Shown here: positions 10,701 to 19,836 of the stretch, in pieces
Layout of the letters: each line of letters begins with the position of its first letter
Position numbering within the stretch: position 1 is the stretch's first letter
Assembly: GCA_965203175.1 (NCBI GenBank)
Contig: OZ241867.1
Span: 1,536,001 to 1,600,000, forward strand
Length of the DNA stretch: 64,000 nt
Reading direction: 5' to 3'
Source: Candidatus Latescibacterota bacterium
GTDB taxonomy: Bacteria; Latescibacterota; UBA2968; UBA8231
Program-made: the position numbers and the translations under genes
The notes under the pieces: model-generated
What the model saw: the letters and a program-made list of their open reading frames with translations, nothing else
The model's database searches: none
What the model was told of the DNA's origin: nothing

Positions 10701-10911
10701 GACGACCGGGTTCGAGTTGGTACAAGCCCTCTTCAGCCGGTTCGAGTTCCTCAGATAGCTCAGCAAACCACTCTGGATGCGTGTAGTCGCCCGTGCCGAC
10801 CACGTCAACGCCCTTGAGTGCCGACCACTTGTGCAAATTAGAAGGGTTGAGCTCGCGGCTCGTCGCTCGCGCAAAGCGCGAGTGCAGATGCATGTCGATT
10901 GTGAACTGCAT
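7705..10911 (-). CDS. endonuclease Q-family PHP domain fused to UvrD/PcrA-like helicase
   Basis: DMHLHSRF, GTGDYTHP, SNSDAHS, GKYHYDGHRKC..C...CPVCG; then AGPGSGKT, LIDEFQD, IGDPDQAIYSFRGA, MTLHAAKGLEFP, EERRLFYVGMTRA. Confidence 0.92.
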   Translation of the reverse strand: MQFTIDMHLHSRFARATSRELNPSNLHKWSALKGVDVVGTGDYTHPEWFAELSEELEPAEEGLYQLEPGRRAAVEQGLPERCRRAVRFMLSVEISTIYKKGDKTRKIHHVVILPSLESVARLNRRLGAIGNLHSDGRPILGLDSRDLLEICLEADESVLFIPAHIWTPHFAALGASSGFESLEECYEDLLPHIFAVETGLSSDPPMNWRLSALDRYAIVSNSDAHSPQKLAREATCFDTECSYPGIYSALKDRDPARFLGTLEFYPEEGKYHYDGHRKCAVCYKPAQTLAAEGICPVCGRKLTVGVLHRVEKLADRPEGFRPEVAPPYEYLIPLDEVIGAAVGVGPKSKKVRAVYDRLLAEIGPELEVLRRAGLEAIESCAGPLVAEGVRRMRCGEVDIYPGHDGEYGVISVFSEEERARLQGQGALFDLGPAVVKTAEEVHVSPVQVPRPDSTTQVEQDADALDDAQRQIEEAEGGPLVVVAGPGSGKTRVLTRRIARLVANGVDPGQIMAITFTRRAAGQMRQRLSALLGGGLGAMQVGTFHRLALSLLRELGCEPKLVLDEVEARRLLEGALADAGLSGPVAAASQAISLAKAAAQEPDEIAEEWRPHYDAYQEALHASGACDYDDIILDLLRLLEADAAVREQVRARFPYLLIDEFQDLNAAQYRLVLQLAGEGAGLMAIGDPDQAIYSFRGASPDHFVHLRDRFSDTRLFHLGANYRSQGHIVEAAAAVVGHNPGREAIELAAVRPGKERIRLIEVQSETAEGIAVVREIARMVGGTDMVQTDAGAEGTRSFADFAVLFRTGRQGQVLEECFHKEGLPYRLVGQKGFLQAPVVRAALAFARYVSISQEDVRRWQALEAMGVESHILRQVRRGELSAAAQDRVEMLEARIAEYRRWAEQEGAGAWVRRWQAEFGDPEDEDLEHLARVADGTGTLAQLLETVLLGAEADYEERGGPQGPEAVALMTLHAAKGLEFPVVFICGVEDGLIPFRERDADLAEERRLFYVGMTRAEEELVLLRARTRQRYGERVQCALSPFVEEIPARLLAREDAAMPRRREAEQLSLF

Positions 10912-10941
10912 TTCGGATCCCCGTTGACTTGTAGGGTTGCC

Positions 10942-11838
10942 CTAATTCCGCTCGACCCAGTTGGCAACCACAATCCCTACAGCCACCAATCCCATGCTGG
11001 CCAGCAGATAGGGCGATATGGCCTCGTCCAAGAGCGCGGCACTCAACAGCACGCCCACCACCGGCGTAGCAAAGCCGAAGCCTCCCAATCGCCCCGGTGA
11101 GTGGTGTTGGAGCAGAAAAACTAGAATGATAAAGCACAGCCCAGCGACGACGATGCCTTGGTAGAGTACGCCGGCGATGACCGGGCCGGTTAGAACGTAC
11201 TCGGCCTCGGATTCTAAAAACGCGCTCCAAGCGGCAAACAGCGGCAGGCTTAGCACGGCCTGCCAAAACAGAACCTGATAGGGGTTAAGCCCCTGCACCA
11301 GCCGCTTAATTACCACCTGCCGCAAACCCAACAACAAACCGCTGGCGGCCACCATCGCGTCGCCGAGCAGGTACTGCGTCTCAGCCAGCGCCAGCGACTC
11401 CCAAAACAGCAACACTACGCCGGCAAACGAAATGAGCAAGCCAAACCACTGCCCTAAGCCCAAGCGGTCGCCGACGAGCAAGTGCGCGAAGAGTGCCGTG
11501 AAGAAGGGGTAGATATTGACCACCACCCCCGAGCGGCTGGCCGTGGTGTATTGAGTGCCTGCGTTCAAAAGCCATATTTGCAGCGCGAAAAGCAGTGCCA
11601 AGCCGCCCAGCCCTTTCCATTCGCTGGAGGGTATGCGCAACTGAATACCAGCAAAAAGTGCCCCGACCCATACGGTCAGGGCACCCAATGCAAAGCGCAA
11701 GCCCGCCATCGCCGCCGGCGGCACCCCATCGAGACCCACCTTGATCGCCACCGGATTGCCGCCCCACAGCACGGCGGTCACAAGGGCTAGGGTGCCGGCC
11801 TTTAGCCCGACGGCCTCATTGCGGATTTCGGTGGCCAA
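10942..11838 (-). CDS. DMT/EamA family transporter
   Basis: About 10 hydrophobic segments in two EamA-like halves (LWGGN...; P..TAL). Confidence 0.88.
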   Translation of the reverse strand: MATEIRNEAVGLKAGTLALVTAVLWGGNPVAIKVGLDGVPPAAMAGLRFALGALTVWVGALFAGIQLRIPSSEWKGLGGLALLFALQIWLLNAGTQYTTASRSGVVVNIYPFFTALFAHLLVGDRLGLGQWFGLLISFAGVVLLFWESLALAETQYLLGDAMVAASGLLLGLRQVVIKRLVQGLNPYQVLFWQAVLSLPLFAAWSAFLESEAEYVLTGPVIAGVLYQGIVVAGLCFIILVFLLQHHSPGRLGGFGFATPVVGVLLSAALLDEAISPYLLASMGLVAVGIVVANWVERN

Positions 11839-11839
11839 T

Positions 11840-12481
11840 TTACTCGATGATCTCGGCCTTGACGATATAGTCTAGGTTGGGAAAGTTTTCTTCGAGATAG
11901 GCATTGCCGTTCATGGTAATCTGACCTTGGTTTGGCTGCTGACCGTACTCGGCGTTGATCGCATCGACCACCTCCATGCCTTCTACCACCTCGCCGAAGG
12001 GCGCAAACCCCATGCCGTCGAGTTTGGAGTTGTCCCCCAAGTTGATAAAGAGCTGGGTTGTACGCGTATTGGGCTGGTTAGTTTTGGCGTACGTGATCCG
12101 TCCGCGCGTATTGACCTGCTTGACGGGGTCGTCGAGGATATTGGCCTGACGCCAGGCCATGTTCAGCTTTGGATCGCCGCTCAGGCCCCACTGCACCACA
12201 AAGCCAGGCATCACGCGGAAGAAGCGCTGCCCGTCGTAAAAACCGTTGCGAACCAAGTTGTAGAACCGGTCTGCCCCGATCGGTGCCCAATCGCGCGTCA
12301 CTTGGATGACTACCGAGCCAGCGCTAGTCTCCAAGCGCACTGAGAATTCGTCGGGTGCCTGCTCGTTCAAGGCCTCGCCTGTAGGATCCATTAAGATCTC
12401 CTTGCTTGTTTCTCCACCTTGACCGCCGGTTCCACAGCCGAAAGCCCAAAGTGCGATGATTAATAGTGCGCTCCGCTTCAT
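11840..12481 (-). CDS. cyclophilin-type peptidyl-prolyl isomerase, lipoprotein
   Basis: Lipobox AFGC; FYDGQRFFRVMPGFVVQWG, RTTQLFINL, FAPFGEVVEG. Confidence 0.92.
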   Translation of the reverse strand: MKRSALLIIALWAFGCGTGGQGGETSKEILMDPTGEALNEQAPDEFSVRLETSAGSVVIQVTRDWAPIGADRFYNLVRNGFYDGQRFFRVMPGFVVQWGLSGDPKLNMAWRQANILDDPVKQVNTRGRITYAKTNQPNTRTTQLFINLGDNSKLDGMGFAPFGEVVEGMEVVDAINAEYGQQPNQGQITMNGNAYLEENFPNLDYIVKAEIIE

Positions 12482-12521
12482 AATTTTATGCCTTTATGCT
12501 TGGTGTGTTTGTCGATTTCCG

Positions 12522-14759
12522 CTACAGCCCTTTCACGGCTGCGACGAGCGCCTCAGTCGTAATGCCGAAGTGTGCCCACGTCTCTATATGGCCTTCTGAC
12601 GGAGCCGTCGTCGGATCGGTAATGCCGATGTGCGCCGCCGGAATGCCCAAGTCGCCGGCAACGCCCGCCACCAACCCGGCGAAACCGCGCACGCCAGTAT
12701 TGGCTGCGCCGATCAGACCGTCTTCGATGGTTGCTACACCCTTGGGATAGCGACCCATCAACTCTTCTAAGGCCGCGGCAGGCAGCGGCAGCCCATTGAT
12801 TATATGCACATCCACCCCACCTTCGAGCTGCTCAGCCGCCTCGCCAGCCAGAAAAGCCGGCGCACCAAAAGCCAAAATCGCCCGCTCTGCTCCTGCGTAG
12901 GTGCGATAGGCCGTCATCGACTCCCAATCGTCGCCCGGCTCCCACAGCGGCCCCGAGCCGTCTTGCTTTTCGAGGATGGGCAGGGAATCGCGCGGGATGC
13001 CGATGATGTGCCCTCCGTAGTGCGCCGCCATATCGCAGACAGCCAAAAACGCCGCCCGCGCATCGGCTGGTCCGTAGAAGCGGTGCAAATAAGGCAAATA
13101 GCTCAGGCCAACGTTGATCCACTCCAAGCCCCAACCCGAAAAGTGATCGCGCCCCGTGCAGGCCCCCACGTGCGAGACGTGGAAGGCGACGTTGAGGCCC
13201 TCGTTGACGCCGGTGAGATTGCGTTGGTAGCGCCAGACGTCAAAGCCCTCGCGGGCAATACCCTCGTAAAAGGCGGCAAACGTCGATACCACGTTGAACT
13301 GCGGACCCGGCCCACTCATCGCCAACCCGTCGGTAATCAGACAAGCGGCTTGCTCCTCAATGCTCATCTCGAATTGGTGATCCGCGGCCAAGAACCCGCG
13401 CGCCTTCGCCAGCTTGGTCGAGGGATCTAGGTCGCAGCTAACTACGAAGACGTCGTCGGGAAAATGTTCGGCCACCGCTGCGTACGCAGCCTCAGACCCG
13501 GCGCGCGGACTTTCGCGCTCGCCAACCTCGGGCAAGCTGACCTCTTTCTTGATGCTTTCGGGCAGAACCAAATTGCGGCTACCGGGGACGGGTCTGGCTC
13601 GGGTCTCAACTTGGCGCTTCTCGCCTCGGCGCAGCGTCGCTAGGGCCTGGTCCACAACCGCTGTCTTTCGGAACATCGGATTGCTCAGCACCTGCGCGGC
13701 GTCGCGGCCCTTCATGTGGCCGTCGTGATGCCCTTCGCCGCCGGGGAGCTTGTTGACCAAAAAGAGGCACTCGAGCATCGGCACTACGTCGCGATAGCTC
13801 ATCAGCGAGCCGGGGACCCAGATGCGAGTGCTGGGATCGACGCCGTGCTCAGCGGCGAACGCTGCGACCTCGGAACCAATGCCCAGGCGCTCGCCAAAGT
13901 CGCCGAGTTGCTCGTGCGTTCCCGTGGGATAGATCAGCGTCGGCCGGCCCTGCTGCGCCAGTTTGTAGCCTTCGACATAGGTTTCGTAGAGCACCGCAGC
14001 ATCGTGCAGGGTCCCGATCTCGATGACTTCCACGCCCATCGCCGCGACAATCGGACGCGGGTCCTTGTCCATAATGCCCTCGGTCGCGCCCGAAAGCTGG
14101 ATCCCGTTGCGGTGCATGACGAAAGTGATCGGCGCTCCGTGGACGGCTGCGCCGTTGAAGCCGTTGAGCGCTTGGCCCGAAATGTAACCAGCGTCGCCAC
14201 AGTGGCAGATGACCCAGCCGCCCTCGCTGCGCTTGGCCCGCTTGCCGAGGGCTTGGCCCACAGCCACCGGAATCATCACCCCCAAGCGCCCGCCGTTGAG
14301 TTGAGTGCCGCCCGGCAACCAAGACACGTGCCCGGGAGCGTCGAGTCCGCGGCGAAAACCCTCGACGACGATCTCCTCATCGATAAAGCCCAACGCCGCT
14401 AATGCTGCGTAGTAACCCACAGAAGTATGGGCGTGTTCGATAGTGTATTCGATGCGCTCGTAGTCGGTGATCGCCAAAGTCAGCAAGAGCGACGGAATCA
14501 ACTCCAGACCGCCACCGAGGTGATCCAGTTCGCCGATTTCGGCCAGTGAGGCCAGCGAGCGGATCGCGGTCGCGGCTGCTTCGATCTGCAAGCCCTCTAG
14601 GGCGTCGATTTGCTCTTGGTACAGCGCTTGTTGGTTGCCGATATCCACGGTGAGCGGCAAGACCTCGGAATGCACTTTCTCGCCTAGATAGCGCACTCCG
14701 CCCAACAGCTCTTTGTTGCGCTGCCGCTGACCTGTTTGCGCCGCTTCGATCCCCCGCAT
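12522..14759 (-). CDS. divergent transketolase-like ThDP enzyme (full length)
   Basis: DHLGGGL, GHVS, GDAG...N ThDP motif, SCDLDPST, MSIEEQ, STFAAF, GRDHFSG. Confidence 0.75.
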   Translation of the reverse strand: MRGIEAAQTGQRQRNKELLGGVRYLGEKVHSEVLPLTVDIGNQQALYQEQIDALEGLQIEAAATAIRSLASLAEIGELDHLGGGLELIPSLLLTLAITDYERIEYTIEHAHTSVGYYAALAALGFIDEEIVVEGFRRGLDAPGHVSWLPGGTQLNGGRLGVMIPVAVGQALGKRAKRSEGGWVICHCGDAGYISGQALNGFNGAAVHGAPITFVMHRNGIQLSGATEGIMDKDPRPIVAAMGVEVIEIGTLHDAAVLYETYVEGYKLAQQGRPTLIYPTGTHEQLGDFGERLGIGSEVAAFAAEHGVDPSTRIWVPGSLMSYRDVVPMLECLFLVNKLPGGEGHHDGHMKGRDAAQVLSNPMFRKTAVVDQALATLRRGEKRQVETRARPVPGSRNLVLPESIKKEVSLPEVGERESPRAGSEAAYAAVAEHFPDDVFVVSCDLDPSTKLAKARGFLAADHQFEMSIEEQAACLITDGLAMSGPGPQFNVVSTFAAFYEGIAREGFDVWRYQRNLTGVNEGLNVAFHVSHVGACTGRDHFSGWGLEWINVGLSYLPYLHRFYGPADARAAFLAVCDMAAHYGGHIIGIPRDSLPILEKQDGSGPLWEPGDDWESMTAYRTYAGAERAILAFGAPAFLAGEAAEQLEGGVDVHIINGLPLPAAALEELMGRYPKGVATIEDGLIGAANTGVRGFAGLVAGVAGDLGIPAAHIGITDPTTAPSEGHIETWAHFGITTEALVAAVKGL

Positions 14760-14836
14760 GTAGAACTCCCTAAGTGGGTATTTTTAATTGAATGAAAGAG
14801 TCGTAAAAGTATAAACCCAGCACCGAATGCGAGCAA

Positions 14837-15847
14837 TTAACGCGGCTTGAATTGCACGGCCAATTTCTCTGCCCATGCCTTGTTCGCGTCGATCGTGCGC
14901 CCGGCATTGTGCGGTGTGTGTACCACGTTGTGCCGCCCCAGCAGCGGATCGTCTAAAGGCAGCGGCTCCTGATCCCACACGTCCGCCGCCAAGCTCAGTT
15001 CATCGGCCATCACTCGCCGCCGGATCGCGTCCGTATCGCAGATCTTCGCTCTGGTCACCAACACCACCAGACAGCCCTTGGGTAGCGCGTCAATGTGTTC
15101 AGCCGCGACCAAGCCGCGCGTCGATTCCGTCAGCGGTACCATGGGCGCGAACACTTCGGCATCGACGACTAGCTGCTCCAGATGGTACTCGCGGCGCGAC
15201 CCAGCCCGGTGAAAGCACGGCTCCGTGGCAAACGGATCCCAAGCCGCCACATCGGCTCCCAGCATCGACGCGAAGCTGGCGTAGCGGCTGGCGATATTGC
15301 CGGCCCCTACGATCCGCACCCGCTTGTCGCACAGCGTGCCACTGGCAAAGGCCGGGTCGTCGCCAAACTGGTGCCCGCGCGCCCCGGGCTGGCCCTGACC
15401 CCCAGGCGGGTCGTAGTCCCAAGGCGCTTGGCTTTGGATGATCTCGCGGTGCAACTGCGGGATTCGCCGCAGCCCGCACAGCGTCAAGGCCAAGCCAAAT
15501 TCCGCCACAGTCTGCGACCAAAACCCCTCGCTCGGATGATTGTAAACGGTGATTCCAGCCTCGGCCAGATACTCGCTACAGCCCTCGCCTAGCCGCCGGC
15601 CATAAGACCCCTGAAAGGTCGCCTCCTGCAAGGCCGTAAAAAGTCGCAGACACGTCAGACTCACCGGCACCCCTAGCGTGGCCAACCGCGTCACTTGGCT
15701 CGGGTCTTCGACCACCTCGCCCAGGGGCCGCTCGTCTCCGTGCGCTAGGCGCACAAAGCCCGCTTCGGGCCACAAGGTGCGGAAGTGGTCGGCGGCAAAG
15801 GGCCAAACTCCGTCAAAATCTGGATGAACGACGATCATATCACTCAT
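14837..15847 (-). CDS. D-isomer-specific 2-hydroxyacid dehydrogenase family protein
   Basis: VGAGNIA, PLTESTRGL, DVWDQEPL, TPHNAG; start placed at MSDMIVV. Confidence 0.85.
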   Translation of the reverse strand: MSDMIVVHPDFDGVWPFAADHFRTLWPEAGFVRLAHGDERPLGEVVEDPSQVTRLATLGVPVSLTCLRLFTALQEATFQGSYGRRLGEGCSEYLAEAGITVYNHPSEGFWSQTVAEFGLALTLCGLRRIPQLHREIIQSQAPWDYDPPGGQGQPGARGHQFGDDPAFASGTLCDKRVRIVGAGNIASRYASFASMLGADVAAWDPFATEPCFHRAGSRREYHLEQLVVDAEVFAPMVPLTESTRGLVAAEHIDALPKGCLVVLVTRAKICDTDAIRRRVMADELSLAADVWDQEPLPLDDPLLGRHNVVHTPHNAGRTIDANKAWAEKLAVQFKPR

Positions 15848-15848
15848 G

Positions 15849-16730
15849 TTATTCGCTCTCCTGACAAAAAAACGGCTGCGTCCAAGCAAACGCCTCTCCT
15901 GCGCCCCAACACTCAAAGCGCACGTATCCCGCTCGCTCCGGCACTTCCACCTCAATTTCCCGCCCATCGGCCACGGCTATCCGCTTCGCTCCAGCGCGCA
16001 AAGCCACGATCCGCGCCGCATTCTCCGTCTCAATCCAGATCCTGTTTCCCTCGACTTGGATCTGGTTGATCTCAACACCCGTCGAGGCGTAAAACCGACC
16101 GGCGCGCAGGGCCTCCAATACGCCGCTGGCGGTCTCCTCCTCTACGTAGGCCACATTCCACCCCAACCCCACATCGCCCTCGGCCGCGTGGCTGTCGTCG
16201 TTGGCAAACCCCCACAGGCGTCTTCCCGCGCTCAGCAGCATGTCCCAGCGATTCGTCGCGTAGGGGCTGCCCTCCAAGCGGCAGATCACGCCGTTGTATA
16301 TCTCCAAGCCCACGTAGCCCTCGCAGGCCTGCAAAAGCTCCTGCGGACAGTGGTTGAAATTGCCGTGCCAGTTGGGGTGGTTGAAAAGGGCAAAACCACC
16401 GCCCGATTTGTTGACCTCGTCAATTACTCGTTGCCGGTCCGCATGCGGCGCGACCCACCCTGCGTCCCCCACGTGCAAAACATGCGGGCCGTTGGCTGAG
16501 ATTTCATTGCCCGGAACTAGGATCATCCCTTGTGCATCGTATTGCCCGTAGTCTTCCAAGGACGTATAGATGTCGTGATCGCTGATCGCCAAGAAGCCGT
16601 AGCCGCGGCCCGCGTAATCGTCGATTACCGCTTGGTGATCGCGCTCGCCGTCGCTGGCGGTCGTATGCGTGTGCAGGTTGCCGACTAGCCAGCGTCCTCC
16701 GCTCAAAGTCTGATAGGGATGTTCGATCAT
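15849..16730 (-). CDS. PHP-domain metallohydrolase (CehA/McbA-like)
   Basis: NLHTHTTASDG, ISDHD, NHP, NDDSH. Confidence 0.85.
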   Translation of the reverse strand: MIEHPYQTLSGGRWLVGNLHTHTTASDGERDHQAVIDDYAGRGYGFLAISDHDIYTSLEDYGQYDAQGMILVPGNEISANGPHVLHVGDAGWVAPHADRQRVIDEVNKSGGGFALFNHPNWHGNFNHCPQELLQACEGYVGLEIYNGVICRLEGSPYATNRWDMLLSAGRRLWGFANDDSHAAEGDVGLGWNVAYVEEETASGVLEALRAGRFYASTGVEINQIQVEGNRIWIETENAARIVALRAGAKRIAVADGREIEVEVPERAGYVRFECWGAGEAFAWTQPFFCQESE

Positions 16731-16808
16731 TGGTTTCTCCTCGTTGGGAAGCGGCCTCAAAATACAGGAGCACTCTGCGGGCGACAAGGGAAGGCTCGCC
16801 GGGCAGTG

Positions 16809-16837
16809 TTGACGCGAAAAGTAAGTGGCCGTTTAAT
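16809..16837 (+). promoter_or_regulatory. putative sigma70 promoter for the 16889 operon
   Basis: TTGACG-N17-TTTAAT. Confidence 0.5.
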
Positions 16838-16888
16838 ACAGACCCGTGCAGAGATAGACTTTAAACACATGATCGAAATAGGAACCCG

Positions 16889-18043
16889 ATGAAAATCACC
16901 GACATCCACACGCTTTCGCTCTCGCGCGCCCACGAGCCTGAGCTTCAGTGGTACAGCGCCACCTTCCACGTGCCCAAGGCCGACTGCTCGATCTGCATCA
17001 TCGAAACCGACGAAGGCTTGCAGGGCATCGCCGAGCCTTGCGCGTACGGCGTGCCACCCGCAATCGCCGCTCGCATCGACGAACTCAAGCTCAGTCTCAT
17101 CGGCCGCGACCCCCGCGACGAAGATCTGACGCCGCACAACCAAGCGGAGCGCGCCAACGACATCGCCAACGCCGGCCTCAACTGCGCGCTGTGGGATTTG
17201 CGCGGCAAGATCGCTGGCAAACCCACCGCCGACCTGCTCTGCGCGCCAGGACAGAAACCCCTGCGCCGCCTCCGCCTCTACGCTTCCTCAGGCGTGCGCT
17301 ACGACTGGGACGACCACCCCGAATCTGTCGTCGAAGAGGCCATCGGCTATGCCGAAGAGGGTTTCACCGCCTACAAGATGCGCATAGGCACCCACTGGGC
17401 TTGGTCGGGCGTCACCGTCGATCGCTTCCTGAAAATAGCGCGCCGAGTCCACGAGGCCGTGGGTGCGCGCATGGACCTGGCCCTCGACGGCAATTGCCGC
17501 CTCTCGATGGAGGAGGCACTGCCCATTGCCGAGGCGCTCGACGAAATGGGTTGGGCTTGGTTTGAGGAGCCGGTCGAACGCGTGCCCGCGGACTACGCCC
17601 GGCTCAACGAGGCCGTCTCCATCCCCGTCACCGGTGGCGAGCCGTTTACCACGTGGGCGCAGTTCGAGCCATTCATGGAGGTGGGGGGCTTCGGCATCGT
17701 CCAGCCCGACGCTGGCGTCTGCGGCATCGACCTCTGCCTAGAAGTCGGCCACAAGGCCCACTTCGACTACGGCGGCATACCCCTGATTCCGCACAACTGG
17801 CACAATGGCCTGATGACCATGGCCAACGCCCACATGGTCGCGGCACTGCCCGATCCGCGTCTAGTCGAGCTAAATATGAAACAGGGGCCGCTACAGTGGG
17901 AAATTCTGCGCGAAAAGCCACTGATCGAAGACGGCCACTTGGTCCTGCCCGACTCTCCGGGCTTCGGCGTCGAGCTAGCCGACGACCTCGAAACGCGCTT
18001 CCCGTACATCGAAGGCTCCTGGGGCGATCCCGTACAGCGCTGA
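16889..18043 (+). CDS. mandelate racemase/muconate lactonizing enzyme family protein
   Basis: ALWDLRGK, YKMRIG, LDGN, WFEEP, GGE, QPD, PHNW. Confidence 0.9.
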   Translation: MKITDIHTLSLSRAHEPELQWYSATFHVPKADCSICIIETDEGLQGIAEPCAYGVPPAIAARIDELKLSLIGRDPRDEDLTPHNQAERANDIANAGLNCALWDLRGKIAGKPTADLLCAPGQKPLRRLRLYASSGVRYDWDDHPESVVEEAIGYAEEGFTAYKMRIGTHWAWSGVTVDRFLKIARRVHEAVGARMDLALDGNCRLSMEEALPIAEALDEMGWAWFEEPVERVPADYARLNEAVSIPVTGGEPFTTWAQFEPFMEVGGFGIVQPDAGVCGIDLCLEVGHKAHFDYGGIPLIPHNWHNGLMTMANAHMVAALPDPRLVELNMKQGPLQWEILREKPLIEDGHLVLPDSPGFGVELADDLETRFPYIEGSWGDPVQR

Positions 18044-18049
18044 GGACTC

Positions 18050-18883
18050 ATGGTCACCGACCTCGAAAATTATCTCTTCGACCTACGCGGCTACCTGCAC
18101 TTAGAAGAGGTGCTTACCGCCGATGAGGTCAAAGATCTCAACGATTGCCTCGACGCCATCCCGCTCCTAGATCCGGGCGACTGGTACGGGCACATCCACG
18201 CCCACACCTATGGCACGATTGACGGCCTCAACTTGCAGCAAATCTACGAGGCGGGCGAGCCTTTTGAGCGGATGATTGACCATCCCGCTTGGATCGAAAA
18301 AGTCAAGCACTTCGTCGGCGGCGAGGGCACGTTCGACTACGCACACGGGCCGCTCTTCATCGACGAAAACTTTGCCAACTTCCGCCAGCCTGGGGAGGCC
18401 ATCGGCCTGCACTCTGGCGGCTATCCGCCCATCATGCGCAACCAATTCCGCTACCACGGCGGGCGCTACATGTGCGGCCAAATCAACATCCTCGTCGCGC
18501 TCACGGACATCGGCCCGGGCGATGGCTGCACCATGCTGATCCCCGGCAGCCACAAGTCCAACTTCATGCATCCCGACTTAGACCGGCATCGCATGAGGCC
18601 CGAAGGCGCTACCGTCGAGGGCATCACCGGCGCAATCGAGTGCCACATGGCCAAGGGCGACGCTCTGCTTTTCGTCGATGGCCTCTCGCACGGCTCGGCC
18701 CGGCGCAAAAACGAGGGCACGCGCCGGATTTTCGTCTATCGCTACGGACCCTCCTGGGGCAACTTCCGCCACGGCTACCATCCCTCGGACGAGCTGTTGG
18801 CGCGCCTGACGCCCGAGCGGCGGCAGATCGTCTGGCCGCAGAGGCCCCGTCCCCAAGGACCGCAAAAAAAGGCTACCGAGTAA
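18050..18883 (+). CDS. PhyH family Fe(II)/2OG oxygenase with HxG motif
   Basis: YLFDLRGYL, LHSGG, IPGSHK, LSHGS...R. Confidence 0.85.
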   Translation: MVTDLENYLFDLRGYLHLEEVLTADEVKDLNDCLDAIPLLDPGDWYGHIHAHTYGTIDGLNLQQIYEAGEPFERMIDHPAWIEKVKHFVGGEGTFDYAHGPLFIDENFANFRQPGEAIGLHSGGYPPIMRNQFRYHGGRYMCGQINILVALTDIGPGDGCTMLIPGSHKSNFMHPDLDRHRMRPEGATVEGITGAIECHMAKGDALLFVDGLSHGSARRKNEGTRRIFVYRYGPSWGNFRHGYHPSDELLARLTPERRQIVWPQRPRPQGPQKKATE

Positions 18884-18887
18884 ATCC

Positions 18888-19769
18888 ATGAAGGGCATCA
18901 TCCTCGCCGGCGGCCAAGGCACGCGCCTTTACCCCCTGACCGTATCGGTCTCCAAGCAGATCCTGCCGATTTTTGACAAGCCGATGATCTACTACCCGCT
19001 CTCGGTGCTCATGCTGGCCGATATCCGCGAGATTCTCATCATCTCCAGCCCAGAGCACACCAATCTCTACCGCCAGCTCTTCGGCGACGGCGAGCGGCTG
19101 GGGCTGCGCATTGAATACGCAGTCCAAGACCGGCCCGAGGGCGTGGCCCACGCCTTTGTCGTGGGGGCCGATTTTGCCGGCCGCGATCCCTGTGCCTTGA
19201 TATTCGGCGACAACTTCCTCTACGGACACGGCCTGACGGCGATCCTACAGCGCGCTAGCCAGCTACGGGAGGGGGGATTGGCCTTCGCGTACTACGTAAA
19301 GGATCCTTCGAGCTACGGAGTCGTCGAATTCGACGCCGCAGGCAACGCCATCAGCATTGAAGAGAAGCCGCAAACCCCCAAGTCCAACTACGCGGTCATC
19401 GGCCTTTATTTTTACGACGGCGAGGTCGTCGACATCGTCCGCAGCCTCAAACCCTCGGCCCGCGGCGAGTTGGAGATTACCGATGTCAACAACGAGTATC
19501 TCCGCCGCAAACAGCTCAAAGTCGAGGTATTGGGGCGGGGCTTTGCCTGGTTCGACACCGGCACGCACGAGAGCCTGCTAGAGGCCAGCGACTTCGTCCA
19601 AACCATCGAGCACCGGCAGGGGCTCAAAGTGGGCTGCGTCGAGGAAATAGCGTACCGCAAGGGCTACATTGGCGAAGAACAGCTCCTCCACATCGCCAAT
19701 TACTCCGAAGACAATGCGTACTGCCTCTATCTGAAGCACCTCGTCGAACGGGCCGGGCCGACGTTCTAA
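18888..19769 (+). CDS. rfbA: glucose-1-phosphate thymidylyltransferase
   Basis: MKGIILAGGQGTRLYPLT..VSKQILPIFDKPMIYYPLS, EEKP, SARGELEITD, RGFAWFDTGT. Confidence 0.97.
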   Translation: MKGIILAGGQGTRLYPLTVSVSKQILPIFDKPMIYYPLSVLMLADIREILIISSPEHTNLYRQLFGDGERLGLRIEYAVQDRPEGVAHAFVVGADFAGRDPCALIFGDNFLYGHGLTAILQRASQLREGGLAFAYYVKDPSSYGVVEFDAAGNAISIEEKPQTPKSNYAVIGLYFYDGEVVDIVRSLKPSARGELEITDVNNEYLRRKQLKVEVLGRGFAWFDTGTHESLLEASDFVQTIEHRQGLKVGCVEEIAYRKGYIGEEQLLHIANYSEDNAYCLYLKHLVERAGPTF

Positions 19770-19775
19770 CGCCTT

Positions 19776-19803
19776 TTGACTTATCGGCCCGCTGCCATAC
19801 CTT
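19776..19803 (+). promoter_or_regulatory. possible sigma70 promoter for oad operon
   Basis: TTGACT-N16-TACCTT upstream of oadG. Confidence 0.35.
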
Positions 19804-19836
19804 AATGTTTTTCACTTTCCGCGCAGTCACTTAGAC

